50,069 bases of DNA from positions 1-50,069 of the forward strand of contig QPMI01000172.1 of NCBI GenBank assembly GCA_004431415.1, written 5' to 3'. Positions 32,901-45,573 of this stretch are shown here, piece after piece. The DNA is from Cyanophora paradoxa CCMP329 (Eukaryota; Plantae; Glaucophyta). Both the position numbers and the translations under genes were made by a program. The notes below the pieces were generated by a model. The model ran no database searches. It was not told where the DNA came from and saw only the letters and a program-made list of their open reading frames with translations. Each line of letters starts with the position of its first letter. The first letter of the stretch is position 1.

Positions 32901-34396
32901 CGGCTCTGACCCCAGCGCTCTTCCCGCGCCGCAGCCTCAAGGGCTCGGGCCTGGGCCGCGCCTCGGTCTACCGCCCCGAGTTCTCCTCGTCGCCCGTCCG
33001 CAGGGCCTCCGCCGCCGGCTTCGCCTTCCTCGGCGCCTCCATGGTGCCCCTCTCTTGGCTTAGCCTCGGCCTTGGCGGCCTGCGCGAAACCCCAGCTTAG
33101 CCTCGCCTCGCCCCGCCTTGCCTTGCCTCGCCCTGGCCGGGAGCTGAGGCGAGCGCCAGGTCTCGGTGGTCTACGCGGTGGGCATGTACCACTACCGAAC
33201 CACCAACATCCGCCGCAAGATCGCCGGTCCGCCCGCCCGCCCGCCCGCCCGCTCGTCCCCAGCGCGGCGCGGCCCGGCTGACGGCTCCGGCGGGCAGCGA
33301 ACTACGGGGACAAGATCGGCCCCAACTTCCTCGCCGCCGTCCTCATCGGCCTCGCCGGTCCTCTTCCCCCCCTCTTCCCCCCCCCCCCCTCCCTCTCACC
33401 CTTCGTTCGCAGGGACGAACATCTACCTCTACGCGTCGCAGCTGAACCCCCCCTGCGCCGACTTCTCCTCCCTCACCGGCGGCGCCGGTGCGCGCAACCC
33501 CATACCCCCGTCGTCCTTCCCCCCTGACACACCGTACCCCCCCTCGCCAGACTTCTCGGCGGTGGGCGTGCACGGGGTACCGGGGCGCCCGGAGGCGCTC
33601 CTCGCGGTGGGCCAGGGCCTCGCCGAGCTCCGCCTCGACTCCCTCCGCACCCGCTCGTGCGTCCGAAACAAAACGACGTACCCCCTTGCTTTGCTCTCCC
33701 CCTCTGACGTACGCACGCGCGCACGTACCCGGGCAGCTTCGCGGTGCCGTCGTGCGTGGACGCGGCCTGGCTGGCCGGGGACGCGCCCCCCGGGGCCGAG
33801 GCGCTGGTGTACCTGCTGAGGCAGTACCCCCCCTCCATCGTGGAGTTCGACACTGCGGCGATGCGCGCCCTGCGCTCGTTCGACCTCCCCATCGAGCCCC
33901 GGGACGTCCCCTTCTGGAGCCTCTCGGCCATCACGTACCTCCCCGCCGCCGCCCTCAACGGCCCCGCCGCCGGCCGCGGCGCGAACCCGGCCGCCGGCCA
34001 CTTCCTCGTGGCGACCTCGGGCGACGGCCGCGTCTACCGCGTGGACCTCCCGCTCCAGGCCGCCAAGCCCGGCGCCGCCGCCTCGGTCCGGGGCTTCTCC
34101 GTCCCCGCGCCCGGGATGGCGGACCTGCACGGCCTGCACTGGCACGCCGGCCTCGGCCGCCTCTACATCCTCGCCGGCTCCTCCCTCATGGAGGCCGACC
34201 CCACCTCGCTCGCCCCCTCCCGCGAGTGGCCCCTCCTCTTCCGGTACCCCCGCCCGCCCCCCGCCCACGCTGTAGAGGGGCCGGGCTTCCTTGCTGACGC
34301 CCCTGTACCCCAGGCGCTTCCGGGGCATGTGGATCGACGAGAGCGGCGAGAACGCGTTCCTCACGACGGACCGCAAGGTCCGCACCCCCCTTGTCA

Positions 34397-34431
<35 letters not shown>

Positions 34432-34520
34432 CCTGCCTGACCTTGCCGCAGGGCGCGGTGACGCGGGTGCCCTTCTCCCCCGAGAACGGCCCCCAGCTCT
34501 GCGACGGGCTCTTCGGCTGA
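29975..34520 (+). CDS. SPX + VTC (polyphosphate polymerase-like) + DUF202 TM protein with C-terminal beta-propeller-like extension
   Basis: SPX: 'MKFGK', 'IDYKKLKK', '[16 protein letters not shown]'. VTC: 'RYWVRPE', 'VSSVYLDS', 'LRIRWFGG', 'VYVER', 'RVSIDSD', 'FEYATLDVR', 'HFSKALLG'. TM region: '[20 protein letters not shown]'. Then ~270 aa of beta-rich sequence to the stop at 34518-34520. Confidence 0.85.
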
Positions 34521-34935
34521 GGCCGGGCCGCCGGCCCCGCCCCGCCCGCCTCGCCCGGCCCTCGGCGCGCCCGCCTCCGCCTCCGCCGCCGGCCCCTGGC
34601 GCAGGCCTCGCCCGTCCCCTGCTTCCTTCTCCCGCCGGCGCCGGCCCCGGCGAGTCGCGCTCCCCTCTGATGAGACGCTTTCTCTCTCACTCGGCCGCCC
34701 GCCGCTCCGTCTGGTCGCGGCGGCCGACTAGGCTGCAGCCCAGTATTCCAGTGATTGTTAAGGTTTTCCTTTGCTCTCGGCAGATACGTATGCGTAGTGA
34801 CTAGTTCTTTTCCATACGTGAACAGTCTAATAGATACAACCTGTGACTACATATACGCTTACGATTCTACGTGCTCGATTCTACAGTCGAAAGCCGGCGG
34901 GGCCTGCAGTCCGGCAACGCCCGTCGCCCCTCTCC

Positions 34936-37699
34936 CTACTGCATGCTGCAGCCCTCGCCCCCCCCGTCGGGGTCCGCGTCGTACGTGTGGGGGTACTCCT
35001 CCTGCGGCCAGTACCCCCCGCCCGGGGGCGGGGGCGTCCGCCGCCGCCCCCGCTCGCGGCTGGCGGCCTCCGCCGCGCGCTCCTGCGCGGCGGCGGCCGT
35101 GCGGGCGACGCGGGGCGGGCGGGGGGCGTCCCAGTCCCCCAGCTCCGCGGGGAGCCCGCAGCTCGGGCTCCACAGGTCCGGCCGCCGCTCCTGTGCCGCC
35201 CCGCCCCGTCATCAGCCTCAGAAGGCTTAGGCTTTTCCGCGAGGCGGACCGAGAGGCGGCGGATCTCGTCGAGGGCGCCCGGGGCGAACTGGCGCGTGGA
35301 GAAGTCCAGCGTCCTGAGGCGCGCCCCGCGATCCCCGACGGCCTCGAGCGATACCAGCGTAAGGAGGGGGCACCCCTGCACCCGCAGCGACTCGAGGCCC
35401 CGCGCGCTGCCCCGGCCTCAGGCTCGGGCTCAGACTCAGGTGAGAACGAGGCGCGCCTGGCGAGGAGGGCGGAGACGGAGGCGTCCGTCAGGCCGGCGCA
35501 GCGCGTCAGGTCCACCGCCCGCAGCCGCCTCAGGTGCGTCGCCGCGAACAGCACCGCCCTGGGGAGGGGGAGGCGGGAAGATCAGGGGTACGGGATCGGG
35601 CAGGGGGGGGGTGTGGGGCTCTTGCGCGCGAGTCGGAGATGCGTGCGCCCTCGCAGAGGGCGAGCTCCTCCAGCAGCGGGCACTGCGCGCGGGGGGTACA
35701 GGTCGAGGAGAAAAAGAGGAAAAAAGGAGAGGGGGGTACCTTGACGGCGAGGGCGATGAGGTCGCCGTCGAGGACCGAAGCGGCGTCGGAAAGGCGCAGC
35801 GACTCGAGCGCGGGGCACGCCTCCGCCAGCGGCCGCAGCACCCGCCGCTCCGCCAGCTCGTACCCCGATCCCTCGAGCGCCAGCGCCTGCACCGATACTC
35901 GCCTCAGAAGCGGGCTGGGGGAGGGGGGGGGGAGAGGAGGGGGTACGCGCCTTCAGTCGGGGGCAGCAGGCGCCGAGGACGGCCGGGAGCTCCCGGTCGA
36001 GGAGGGTACCCGCTGCGGCGCCGGCGAGTCAAAAGGGCGACTCGGACGGATTCGAACCCGAATGCCGCACCGTGGATCCCGAGCTCGAGGCGCTCGAGGG
36101 AGGGGGGGAGTCCCTCCCGCTCCATGACCCGCACCGTGTCCTCGTCCCTGGGTGGCCCCAAACCTCTGGTGAATCTTGGGGGCAGGAGCGGGAGTGGGGT
36201 ACGCACACGCCGGCGAAGGCGAGGGAGCGGAGCTGGCGGCAGGAGCGGAGCAGGGCGGCCAGGCCGGCGTCTGCCGCGTTCTTCTTGTGCGGCGCCCCCA
36301 GCCGCAGCCTGCGCCGCGGGGCGGCGCGCTCAGAGTCCAGGGTTCGAATCCCGGAGGAGACCGCGGCTCACTCGGAGAGGCGGCTGCAGGCCTCCGCGAG
36401 GCGGACGTACTGGACCCGCTCCAGGCTGGGTACGGAGTTAGGGGCAGAAGAAAGGCGGTGAAGGGGGGGGGTACGTGCCTGAAGTCCGTCGTGAAGGAGA
36501 GGGCCGTGAGGCGGGGCAGGGAGCGGAGCGCGGCCTCCAGTCCCCCCAGGAGCGATTCCGTGAAGAAGGCCTGGTGTGTGGAGCGGGGGGGTACGGTGAG
36601 CTCCCGGCGGAGTCGTAGGGGAAGGGGGTCCGCGGCACCTCGGTGAGGGAGAGCCGCTCGAGGTTCGGAGCAGAGGCGGCGAGGACGGACAGAGAGCAGA
36701 AGGGCTCCCCGTGCCTCCCCAAGCCCTCGATCTGCGTACCAGCCCCGCCGCTCGGACGGCCGCGGGGCGGGGTGTGGGAGTGGGGGGATCGAAACGGGGG
36801 TACCGTAAGCTGGCGGAGGGAGGGGCCGCAGTGGGTACACAGGGCCTGGATCCCGAGCCGCTCCCGGAAGAGGGCTGCGCGGCCCTCCGTCAGGGGCGGC
36901 GGGGCGCGGCGCGCGCCGGGGCGCGGCGCACGGCCGACGGCGAAGCTGAGCGTCTCGAGGCGCGTGCAGGCGGCGACGAAGCGCGAGAACCCGATGCCGC
37001 TGATTAGCTCGCAGCCGCCCAGGTCGCACTGCGCCGCGCGCGCGGTCGGGCGCCGGAGGAGGCGGCGGGGGCGGCGGCGCGCTCGGACCGAGCGGAGGGG
37101 CCGGCCGTGGACGGCGAGGGTGGCGAGGTCGGCGTCGGAGAGCGCGGTCGAGTCCAGCGAGACCTCCTCGAGCGCCAGCGGCTCCCCGTCCTCGGGCAGC
37201 GCCCCGAGGGATCGCAGGAAAGCGGCGCCCAGGTCCTCGTCCCGCACCGCCGGATGGTCGAACTCCGTCCGCCGCCGCACCTCGATCCGCACTCTCTTGA
37301 GCTGCGCATGCGCGCCGCGCGCCGCGTTCCCGGTCGGTTCTCCTCCCAAGAGCCCAGCCAGCGCTAGCGCTCGGCGGAGGCGCGCACGTTTTGACGGTAG
37401 CCGCGCTGGAGCAGCAGCTGGTAGAAATGGGTCTCGGGATGCCGCGGGCCGAACAGCGAGCGACAGCGAGCGGAAGGGGCGACCTCCAAAGACTCCCAAA
37501 TGCCGGGTAGGCTGAGTGCGGCGTGCCGGAGGACACGGCACACGCGTGCCGCACGCATAACATCGACGAGGCTGCATACGGCCTCAGAAGAAGTATGGTT
37601 CTCATTAGAGAACCTAGCGCACCCAAGCTGCGAGAGCACTGCGTGCAGCACGTCGACGGGCAAATCACTCACGCAGGCCGGCCGATCGGGCGGGCCCAT
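34936..37699 (-). CDS. F-box/leucine-rich repeat protein (FBXL-like) with C-terminal CaaX
   Basis: F-box 'VSDLPVDVLHAVLSQL...LVDVMRAARVCRVLRHAA..LPGIWESLEV'; LRRs 'ACTRLETLSF', 'SAPNLERLSLT', 'ACPALESLRLSDA', 'CPLLEELALCE', 'LRAVDLTRCAGLTDASV'; last exon ends 'GGGEGCSMQ*'. Confidence 0.82.
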
Positions 37700-37971
37700 C
37701 GTGGCGCTCACGTGCACACAGGCCGGTCAGCCGGTCAGCGCAGGTGGGGGAATGGTCAGTGGAGGGGTAGACAATTGAGCGGGGGCGAGCGGCAGGAGCG
37801 GTGAGCGGGCGGCCAGCTAGCGAACGCGGGATGACGAGGGCGGGCGCCGGGCCCTCGCGGGCCACAGTTCCGGGGCTCAACGTGGCGACAGGAGATTCGC
37901 TCCCGCACGCCAACCCAGCTGCGGCCCACGCCGCGGCGCAAGCGAGTTCATCCTCGTTGCCAGCGTCCGCT

Positions 37972-40900
37972 ATGTTCGTGTACAAGCGAGACGGGCGCCG
38001 CGAGGGCGTCCGCTTCGATGCGATCATAGAAAGGCTGCAGCCTCTAGCGGAGGGGCTGTCGGCCGAGTTCGTCGACGTAATCGAGGTCGCCCAGAAGGTG
38101 AGCGGCTTGCCGCGCCCCTCCCCGCTCCGCAGCTAGCGCGAGCGCGTGCCGGTTCGGGCCTTGATCTGCGATCCGACAGGTGATCGCGGGCCTTTATCCG
38201 GGTGTCTCGACGTCGAAGATAGACGAGCTAGCAGCGGAAACCGCTGCCGCGCTCATGCCCAAGCACGTCGACTACGGGATCCTCGCGGCCCGGATCGCCA
38301 TCACGAACCTGCACAAGAACACTCACGATCGGTTTTCGGACGCGATGCGGGACCTCTACGAGTGGGTCGACAAGCGTACGGGTCAGCACAGGCCGTGCAT
38401 CGCCCGCGATTTCTGGGAGACCGTCTCAGCCCACAAGGCCCGGCTCGACGCCGCCGTGGTGACCAACCGGGACTTCCTTTTCGATTTCTTCGGATTCAAG
38501 ACGCTCGAACGTTCGTACCTGATGCAGCTCGAGGGCCGGGTGCGTCGCGACAGCGCTAGCTAGCCTGCCAATCATGCGCGGCCGGTCTGACGCCGGGTCT
38601 TCGCCGGGCCAGGTGGTGGAGCGGCCGCAGTATCTCCTGATGCGCGTCGCGGTGGCGATCCACGGGAACGACGTCGACGCGGCGATCGAGACGTACAACT
38701 TGATGTCCCTCAAGTGGTTCACGCACGCCTCGCCCACCCTCTTCAACGCCGGGACGCCCAACGCGCAGCTCTCGTCGTGCTTCCTCGGTGCGGCGTCCCC
38801 CTTTCGAGCCGCCGGGGTCCTTCACGCCCCGCCGTGACGCGAGCGCCGCGCCGGCCGTGCGCATGCAGTGGCGATGAGCGAGGACTCGATCGAGGGGATC
38901 TACGACACCCTTAAGGAGTGTGCGATGATCTCCCGCTCGGCCGGCGGCATCGGGCTCTCCGTCTCCAACATCCGCGCCAAGGGCTCCTCCGTCGGCGGAG
39001 GTCTGGCCCTACCGTCCCTCCCCCGCCTCCGCCCCTTCCCGCCCGCGGCCGCCGACGCGCCGGCGCAGGCGCCTGCTTCGGGAGCAGCGGCCTGGTCCCG
39101 ATGCTGCGCGTCTTCAACGACACGGCGCGCTTCGTGGACCAGGGCGGGAAGCGCAAGGGCGCCTTCGCCATCTACCTGGAGCCCTGGCACGCCGACGTCT
39201 ACGACTTCTTGGAGCTCCGCAAGAACCACGGCGTGCGCTCCGCCGCCGCCGCCGCGCGGCTGGGGTCCGCGGTTGCCTTAGGCGGCCGCGTGCGCGACGC
39301 AGCACGAGGAGCACAGGGCCCGCGACCTCTTCTACGCGCTCTGGATCCCGGACCTCTTCATGCGGCGCGTGGAGGCGGACTCGGAGTGGTCGCTCTTCTG
39401 CCCGAGCGAGGCGCCCGGCCTGGACGACGTGCACGGCGAGGCCTTCGACGCTCTGTACGCGCGCTACGAGCGCGAGGGCCGCGCCCGCAAGGTCGTCAGG
39501 GCCCAGGAGCTCTGGTTCCGCGTCATCTCTACCCAGATCGAGACCGGCACGCCCTACATGCTCTACAAGGTCCGCCCCTCTCGTTTCTTTCTCACGTCTT
39601 CTTTTAATTTCTTAACTTGTCCCTCGCCAGGACGCGTGCAACCGCAAGTCGAACCAGCGGCACCTGGGGACGATCAAGAGCAGCAACCTGTGCACGGAGA
39701 TCGTCGAGTACTCGTCCAAGGACGAGACGGCCGTGTGCAACCTGGCCTCGATCGCCCTCTCCATGTTCGTGTCCGGCGGGGACGAGCCGGCCTGCGACTG
39801 CTCCAACGGCTTCGGGGCGGCGGGGGGCGCCCCCTCGCCCTTCGACCCGTCGGCCCCCGCCGGCGCGCCGCACGAGGAGCGGGGCCCGGGGAGCCCGCCC
39901 CGCTCCGCCTCCTCCTCCTCCCTCTCCGCCGCCTCCTGCTCCTCCTCCTCCTCCTCCTCGGCCCCCTCCTGCGACTCCCGGCCCGCCTCGCGCCCCTCCA
40001 CGCCCCCCGCCCCCGCCCCGCCGCCTGCCGCGAGCCCCCGCCCCCCGGCCTTCGACTTCGAGCGCCTCCGCCAGGTACCCCCCCTCTTGCCGCATTCCTG
40101 TACCCCCGGCCGACGCCCGGGCGGCCGCAGGTCACGCGAGTGGTGACGAAGAATCTGAACCGCATCATAGACAGGAACCACTACCCCGTCGAGAAGGCGC
40201 GCCGCTCGAACATGCGCCACCGCCCGATCGGCATCGGTGCGCGCGCCGCTTCTCTATCTATCCCTTCCAATCTCCGCCCGCTGATTCCTGTCCGCCCGGG
40301 TACAGGCGTGCAGGGCCTGGCGGACGCGTTCATACGGATGCGGTACCCCTTCGACTCGGCGGAGGCGGCGGACCTGAACCGGCGCATCTTCGAGGCGATC
40401 TACTTTGCGGCGCTGGAGGCGAGCTGCGAGCTGGCCGAGGCGGAGGGGCCCTGCGAGACGCACGCCGGCAGGTCCGCCCCTCCTCTTCCCCTCTTTTTCT
40501 CTCTTTTCCCGCGTCGGTTGGCTCAGGCGCGCGCGCCGCAGCCCGGCGTCGGAGGGGCTCCTGCAGCACGACATGTGGGGCGTGGAGGCGCCGCCGGACA
40601 GCCCGTGGGACTGGGCCGGCCTCCGCCAGCGCATCGCGCGGCACGGCCTCCGCAACTCCCTGCTCGTCGCCCCGATGCCCACCGCCTCCACCTCCCAGGT
40701 GCCCCCGCCCCCTCTTATCCCAACCGATCCCACGCTCCTGCGTCCACCTGAGCCCTTCTCCTCGGCAGATCCTGGGCAACAACGAGTGCATCGAGCCGTA
40801 CACGTCGAACCTGTACCTGCGGCGCGTGCTCGCCGGCGAGTTCTTCTGCGTCAACGCCCACCTCGTCCGCGACCTCTCCCGCCTGGGCCTGTGGAGCGAG

Positions 40901-41449
40901 GAGATCAAGACCCAGATCGTCATCGGCTCGGGCTCCATCCAGCACATCCCCGAGATCCCGCCCGACCTCAAGGAGCTCTACAAGACCGTGTGGGAGATCA
41001 AGCAGCGCGCCCTCGTCGATATGGCCGCCGACCGCGGCGCCTTCATTGACCAGAGCCAGTCCTTCAACGCCTTCATGGCCGAGCCGACGCCGCAGAAGCT
41101 CACCTCGATGCACTTCTACGCGTGGAAGCGCGGCCTCAAGACGGGGATGTACTACCTGCGGACCAAGGCGGCGGCCGACGCGATCAAGTTCACCGTCGAC
41201 CACGACGCGATCAAGAGGCACCAGAAGGCGGGCAGGGCGGCAGCCTCGTCCTCGACGGCCGCCCAGGAGGCGCGCAAGCCGGGCCCGGGAGAGGAGGAGG
41301 GGGAGGAGGAGGAGGAGGGGGCCGCCGGCCCCGCGCCGGCCTCCTCGGCCGCCTCCGTCTCGGGCGGGTCGGCCTCGGCCGCCGAGGAGGCCCCGCCCCG
41401 CGTCTGCTCCTTCGCGGACCGGGACGCGTGTCTCTCCTGCGGCAGCTAG
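37972..41449 (+). CDS. RRM1: Ribonucleoside-diphosphate reductase large subunit (class Ia); an in-frame upstream ATG at 37831 adds 47 aa
   Basis: ATP cone '[18 protein letters not shown]', '[20 protein letters not shown]', '[20 protein letters not shown]', '[12 protein letters not shown]', catalytic 'SSNLCTEI', 'AVCNLAS', '[20 protein letters not shown]', '[10 protein letters not shown]', C-terminal 'CLSCGS*'. Confidence 0.97.
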
Positions 41450-42897
41450 CGAGCGGGGCCAGGGCCCTGGGTAGGAATAGTTAGCCCCAGCAGCCAGGCC
41501 TCCCGACCCCACGACGCCCGCGCGCGTGCAGCCGCGCGCGCCTCGCAGGTAGAGGCGCGCGCCTGTTTTCAGGTCTATAGCTAGATCTAAAGATACAAGT
41601 GATGACTCCGACCGTCGGATGTCAATGCATTCTATCGTTCAACGGTTAACGTTTCTTGCAATTGTGACGGGCACGGTGGCGCCGGCCCGCATCGCGATCG
41701 CGGAGCTAGATCTAGAGACCGCCCCCGCCCATGACGGCCAGATCTATAGCTAGACCACGGGTCCCGGGCCCATGGCCTATATTAATCTCAGCGGTTCCGG
41801 CCTCTCAGAGCCTCGGCCCCTGTGCATGTCTGTCTCAGAGTCTTAAAGCGGCAAATGTACTTTTTCATTTCGCAAGTCTTGCATGAAGTAAGCATACATA
41901 CCAAATAAAGAGCTGCTGGAGACATAAACAGAAAATAAGATCACTGAAGCTAGCTCTCGCAATAAGACTCGACTCGCAATAAGGGCCCGCTGTCGCTGAA
42001 CTAACGATACGAGCAACAATGACTAAGAAGAGCGCCTAGTCCCCTATCAATCTACACGTACTCAATAAGCTAACCTACACTGCCGGTACAAGCCCTTAAA
42101 AGAGGCCTGACGCAGCAGGCTCATCTACTACTGTAGCGCGTGAACTGAATGAAGGTCCATCCGCGTTTTTGTACACCCGGGGAAAAAGGCGGAGAGTTCG
42201 CCGGACAAAATCCGGGGCTGCCTGACGGCCTACTCCATATAGTAATGAAGAAAGAGTAGCTAAAAGTTGATACAAAAAGTACAGTTAGTTATGCAATTAA
42301 CTCTTATCAGTTACGATGCTTCGACACGCGACGAGGACGAGGCGCGGAAGGCCGATTGGTGCGTCTCGTTGTCGCTCTGTGCGGAAAGATATCAGCGAAG
42401 GCGCAGGTTCGAAAAGAGGAAAGGAGAAGTGACGAACCCGACCCCGGACCCTGGCGCTGTTCAGGACCGCGAAGCGGCAAAGCGAGGACTGCCGCGAGCA
42501 CGAGTCCGTCGCGATGGCGGGCAGAGAGCCCACTTTGCCGGAGGCGGATCGGTGGGGGCTGGCGATACGGAGCTCCGGCATCGACGTGCTGCCGTTACCT
42601 GATGTTGCTGACGAAAGGGACGGCAGGACCGAGTCGGAGAGTCGGCGGGAGCGCGAGGGCGCCGCGTCCGGAGACTGCTCGTCTTCGCTAGCCTGGGGTG
42701 AGGTTGGCCGCGGCTGTGGGAAGGTCCGTGACCGCCCGGGGACGTCTCGCGTTGAAGGCGACCGCCGCCTGCTCGGTGGGATACACGAGCCCAAGGGAAC
42801 CGCTGAGCGAGTTCGCGTCAGCGCAGCAAGAGCACGAGCAGAAGCGGAAACGACGCACCAGACCATGGAAGCAGCCGCCTCACATTCGAGCCGAGCC

Positions 42898-43800
42898 TCA
42901 CGTCGAGATACGAAATTGAAAGGAAAAGTTTCCGAACGAATTGCGCGGCGCTGCGGCAGCCGGGAATAAGCGGAAGGCATCCATGAAAACCAGGGCGGAA
43001 ATGCACTGTTCGGGAACGACGGAGCCATCGGATCCCGCCGTCCATCTTTCGCTGAGGGTCTTGAGCATGTGACAGAACCGTCCCTTCTCCACGAAAGAGG
43101 CGCCCTTGGCGTCGGCCACGAAGTCCATCTGCGGTAATATGGTCAGACCATTCGACACGTTCTGCGGTCCAGGCTGTTGCAGCCAAAGTTGATTCATCTA
43201 AATAAGGCGCACCGCGGCCCGCTGCAGCGCCTGCTTTTCTTCGAACTCCTGGCGCAGCGCTCGAAACATGCATCTGCGGGCAGAGTCAGCAGAGGTTCAA
43301 AGTGGCACAAGGCGATGCGAACGCACGCGTGGAAGGCGCAGTATCGTTCCCTATTCAGGACCCCAGTGTTCTCCGTGACACACAGAAAGAACTGAAGCAG
43401 CGCGGTGAGACCAGCGCACAGCAAGGATATTCACGACAAGTTCCTGCCATGCACACCTCTTCAATTACTTTCGCGGACAGCTCAGCGGGTGCAGCTAGCG
43501 GCTGCACTGGGCCTTGGGCCGCCATTGACCCGAGTCAACGAAAGCCGGGGCTGTTTCGCCTGCCGATCGTCCGATCCCGTCGAGACACCTCTCAATAACA
43601 AGAGGATCGCAAACGGAGGTCCGCGATGGGCGCGCCGGGTGTAAACCAGATGCAGCTGTCAGGCGCTTTGATGGCGCCGTGCACCAGACCACAAAGGAGA
43701 TGCAAGCCAGTTGAAATTGCCTGCTACAACTCGCTGGCGTGCTGATCCCGAGCCGGGCTCGCCCGCGTATGATTTGCGTCCACGCCGTATCCAATTGATC
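42898..43800 (-). CDS. Possible hypothetical protein (exon structure unresolved)
   Basis: Coding-like minus-strand stretches such as 'MDFVADAKGASFVEKGRFCHMLKTLSERW...CISALVFMDAFRLF' and 'LTALLQFFLCVTENTG', divergent from LTO1; no recognisable domain. Confidence 0.25.
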
Positions 43801-44028
43801 GTCGACCGCGCGGGCTCCAAGAGGGCGAAGCGGCGCGCGAGAATCACTGGCTCATCCGATGATCGCCCCGCGGTCCGCCGCGTCGCCGATCCCGAAGCTT
43901 GCGAGCACGCGCACCGAAGGACGACTTCTTTGACAGTTTTCTCGCTGTTCAGCTGTCTGTACCCCCCCTTGCTGTTCGGTCCACAGTTCGGAGCTGGTCC
44001 CTCATCTGGACTGTACGACCTTGATCGC

Positions 44029-44473
44029 ATGGCCGACCTTTTCGACGCCGTGCTCGGCATCGAGGAACGCTACCACGAGGAGGGCTACACGGCGGGCGTA
44101 GAGCGCGCGCGGCAGACCGCCATCGCCGACGCGCGGCGGCTTGGCGAGCAGAAGGGGGCGGAGATGGCGGAGGAGATCGGGCACTGCCGCGGCATGGTCG
44201 CGGCGTGGAAGATGCTCGCGCCGCGCTTCCCGGAGCGCTTCTCGGAGCGGTGCGCGCCTCTCCTCTCCCAGAGTGCTAGCTCGCCTCTCACCAGCGCACA
44301 GGGCACTGAAGGCTATAGAAGCTCTCGAGAATAAGATCGCATCGTTCCAGCTCGACAATCCGCAGAGCCCGGACCTGCACGAGGCGCTGGGCCAGGTCCG
44401 GTCCCGCTTTAAAGTGGCCAGGTCGCTGCTCGGCGAGAAGGTGGAGATCTCGACCTCTCTGATGAGCTTCTGA
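44029..44473 (+). CDS. LTO1: LTO1/ORAOV1 (Yae1_N family; CIA adaptor for ABCE1/Rli1 Fe-S maturation)
   Basis: 'MADLFDAVLGIEERYHEEGYTAGVERA....DARRLGEQKGAEMAEEIGHCRG' (GX3-type repeat), one intron GTGCGC..CACAG (~44250-44301), 'VRSRFKVARSLLG', C-terminal 'MSF*'. Confidence 0.85.
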
Positions 44474-45573
44474 AGAATAAGCGCATTCATATTCGCGACC
44501 GATGTGCACCCGCTCAGCACCAAACTACCGATACCGGTGATCATGTACATGTGACAGACGCGACGTGACCCGATGCATAAGCCTTTGTCTGATGACCGGC
44601 CCGCAGAGCGCCCGCGTTCTCAGCTGCAGCGGCCGCGGCGATGCTTTGGCGAAGGAACATCAGGCGCAAGGTGCGGCGGCGGTGAATCCGACCTGGTTCG
44701 GACCGCTGGCGCATCGTCCAGCGCGGCGCCGGCAGCTTCACACAGAAGCTCGTTTGCTCGACAGCTTGAGATTGATCAGCACGCAATTCAAGAAGTAGAG
44801 GGGCGAGCCTCACCTCGCCAAGCCTCATTATTACAAGCAATAGCTACTAGGCTAGCGAATGTCCGGACGTTGCATCAAAGTGTTCTTTGCTATTGTACAT
44901 TAATCCGATACAGAAATAATTACCAGAGCTCGAGAGCATAGGGGCCTTGGGCCGCCAGTGCTGCAATAAACCAAGCTTGGAGTGCCGCAGTGCTACGGCG
45001 TGCGAAGTTCGGACGACCTGAATATGTAAAAAGAGGCTTGAAAGCTTTGAAAAAAGCACTAAGAAAGCCCAGGCCTGCAGACTGAGTGAGCCGGAGCCCG
45101 GCTGATCGAGGGACTATACACACATTGGAACAAGTATTCAATTGCAACCTGGCAAATCTAAAGGTAACACGCGCGCATTGAAACAAAGCTCAAAGACTCT
45201 TGAGAGCCTCGGAGCCAAGACATGTTCTGGATCGAGACTTCTTCGAATGGCCTAGCTAATTATTTAAAAAACCCCGAAAAATATATGTACAAGTACACGT
45301 CAACGATGACTAGTACGTACGTATACTGCTCTCTATATATATGAGAAGCTGTATATGCTGCGCAAGCGCTAGCTAAGGATCTTTCGATGATCTATACACA
45401 GGCGAGGCCTAGGAGGTTGGCAGAATCTACTAGTACTGTTCCTTTGAAAGCTAGTGAAAAGGCAACGAATGGACTGAAGCTGGATGTAAATGCATACATA
45501 TAAATATAAATGCACATATGTATGGATATCCGATGGCGAAAGGCCGCTGAGGAGGCGAGGCCGGCGAGAGGCC

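Noticed and set aside
39772-40047. Intein or self-splicing intron in RNR
   Set aside because: The insert is low-complexity, lacks intein terminal motifs (N-terminal Cys/Ser block, C-terminal His-Asn) and has no endonuclease motif.
41595-41680. C/D-box snoRNA starting at GTGATGA
   Set aside because: No suitably placed CTGA D box or terminal stem was found.
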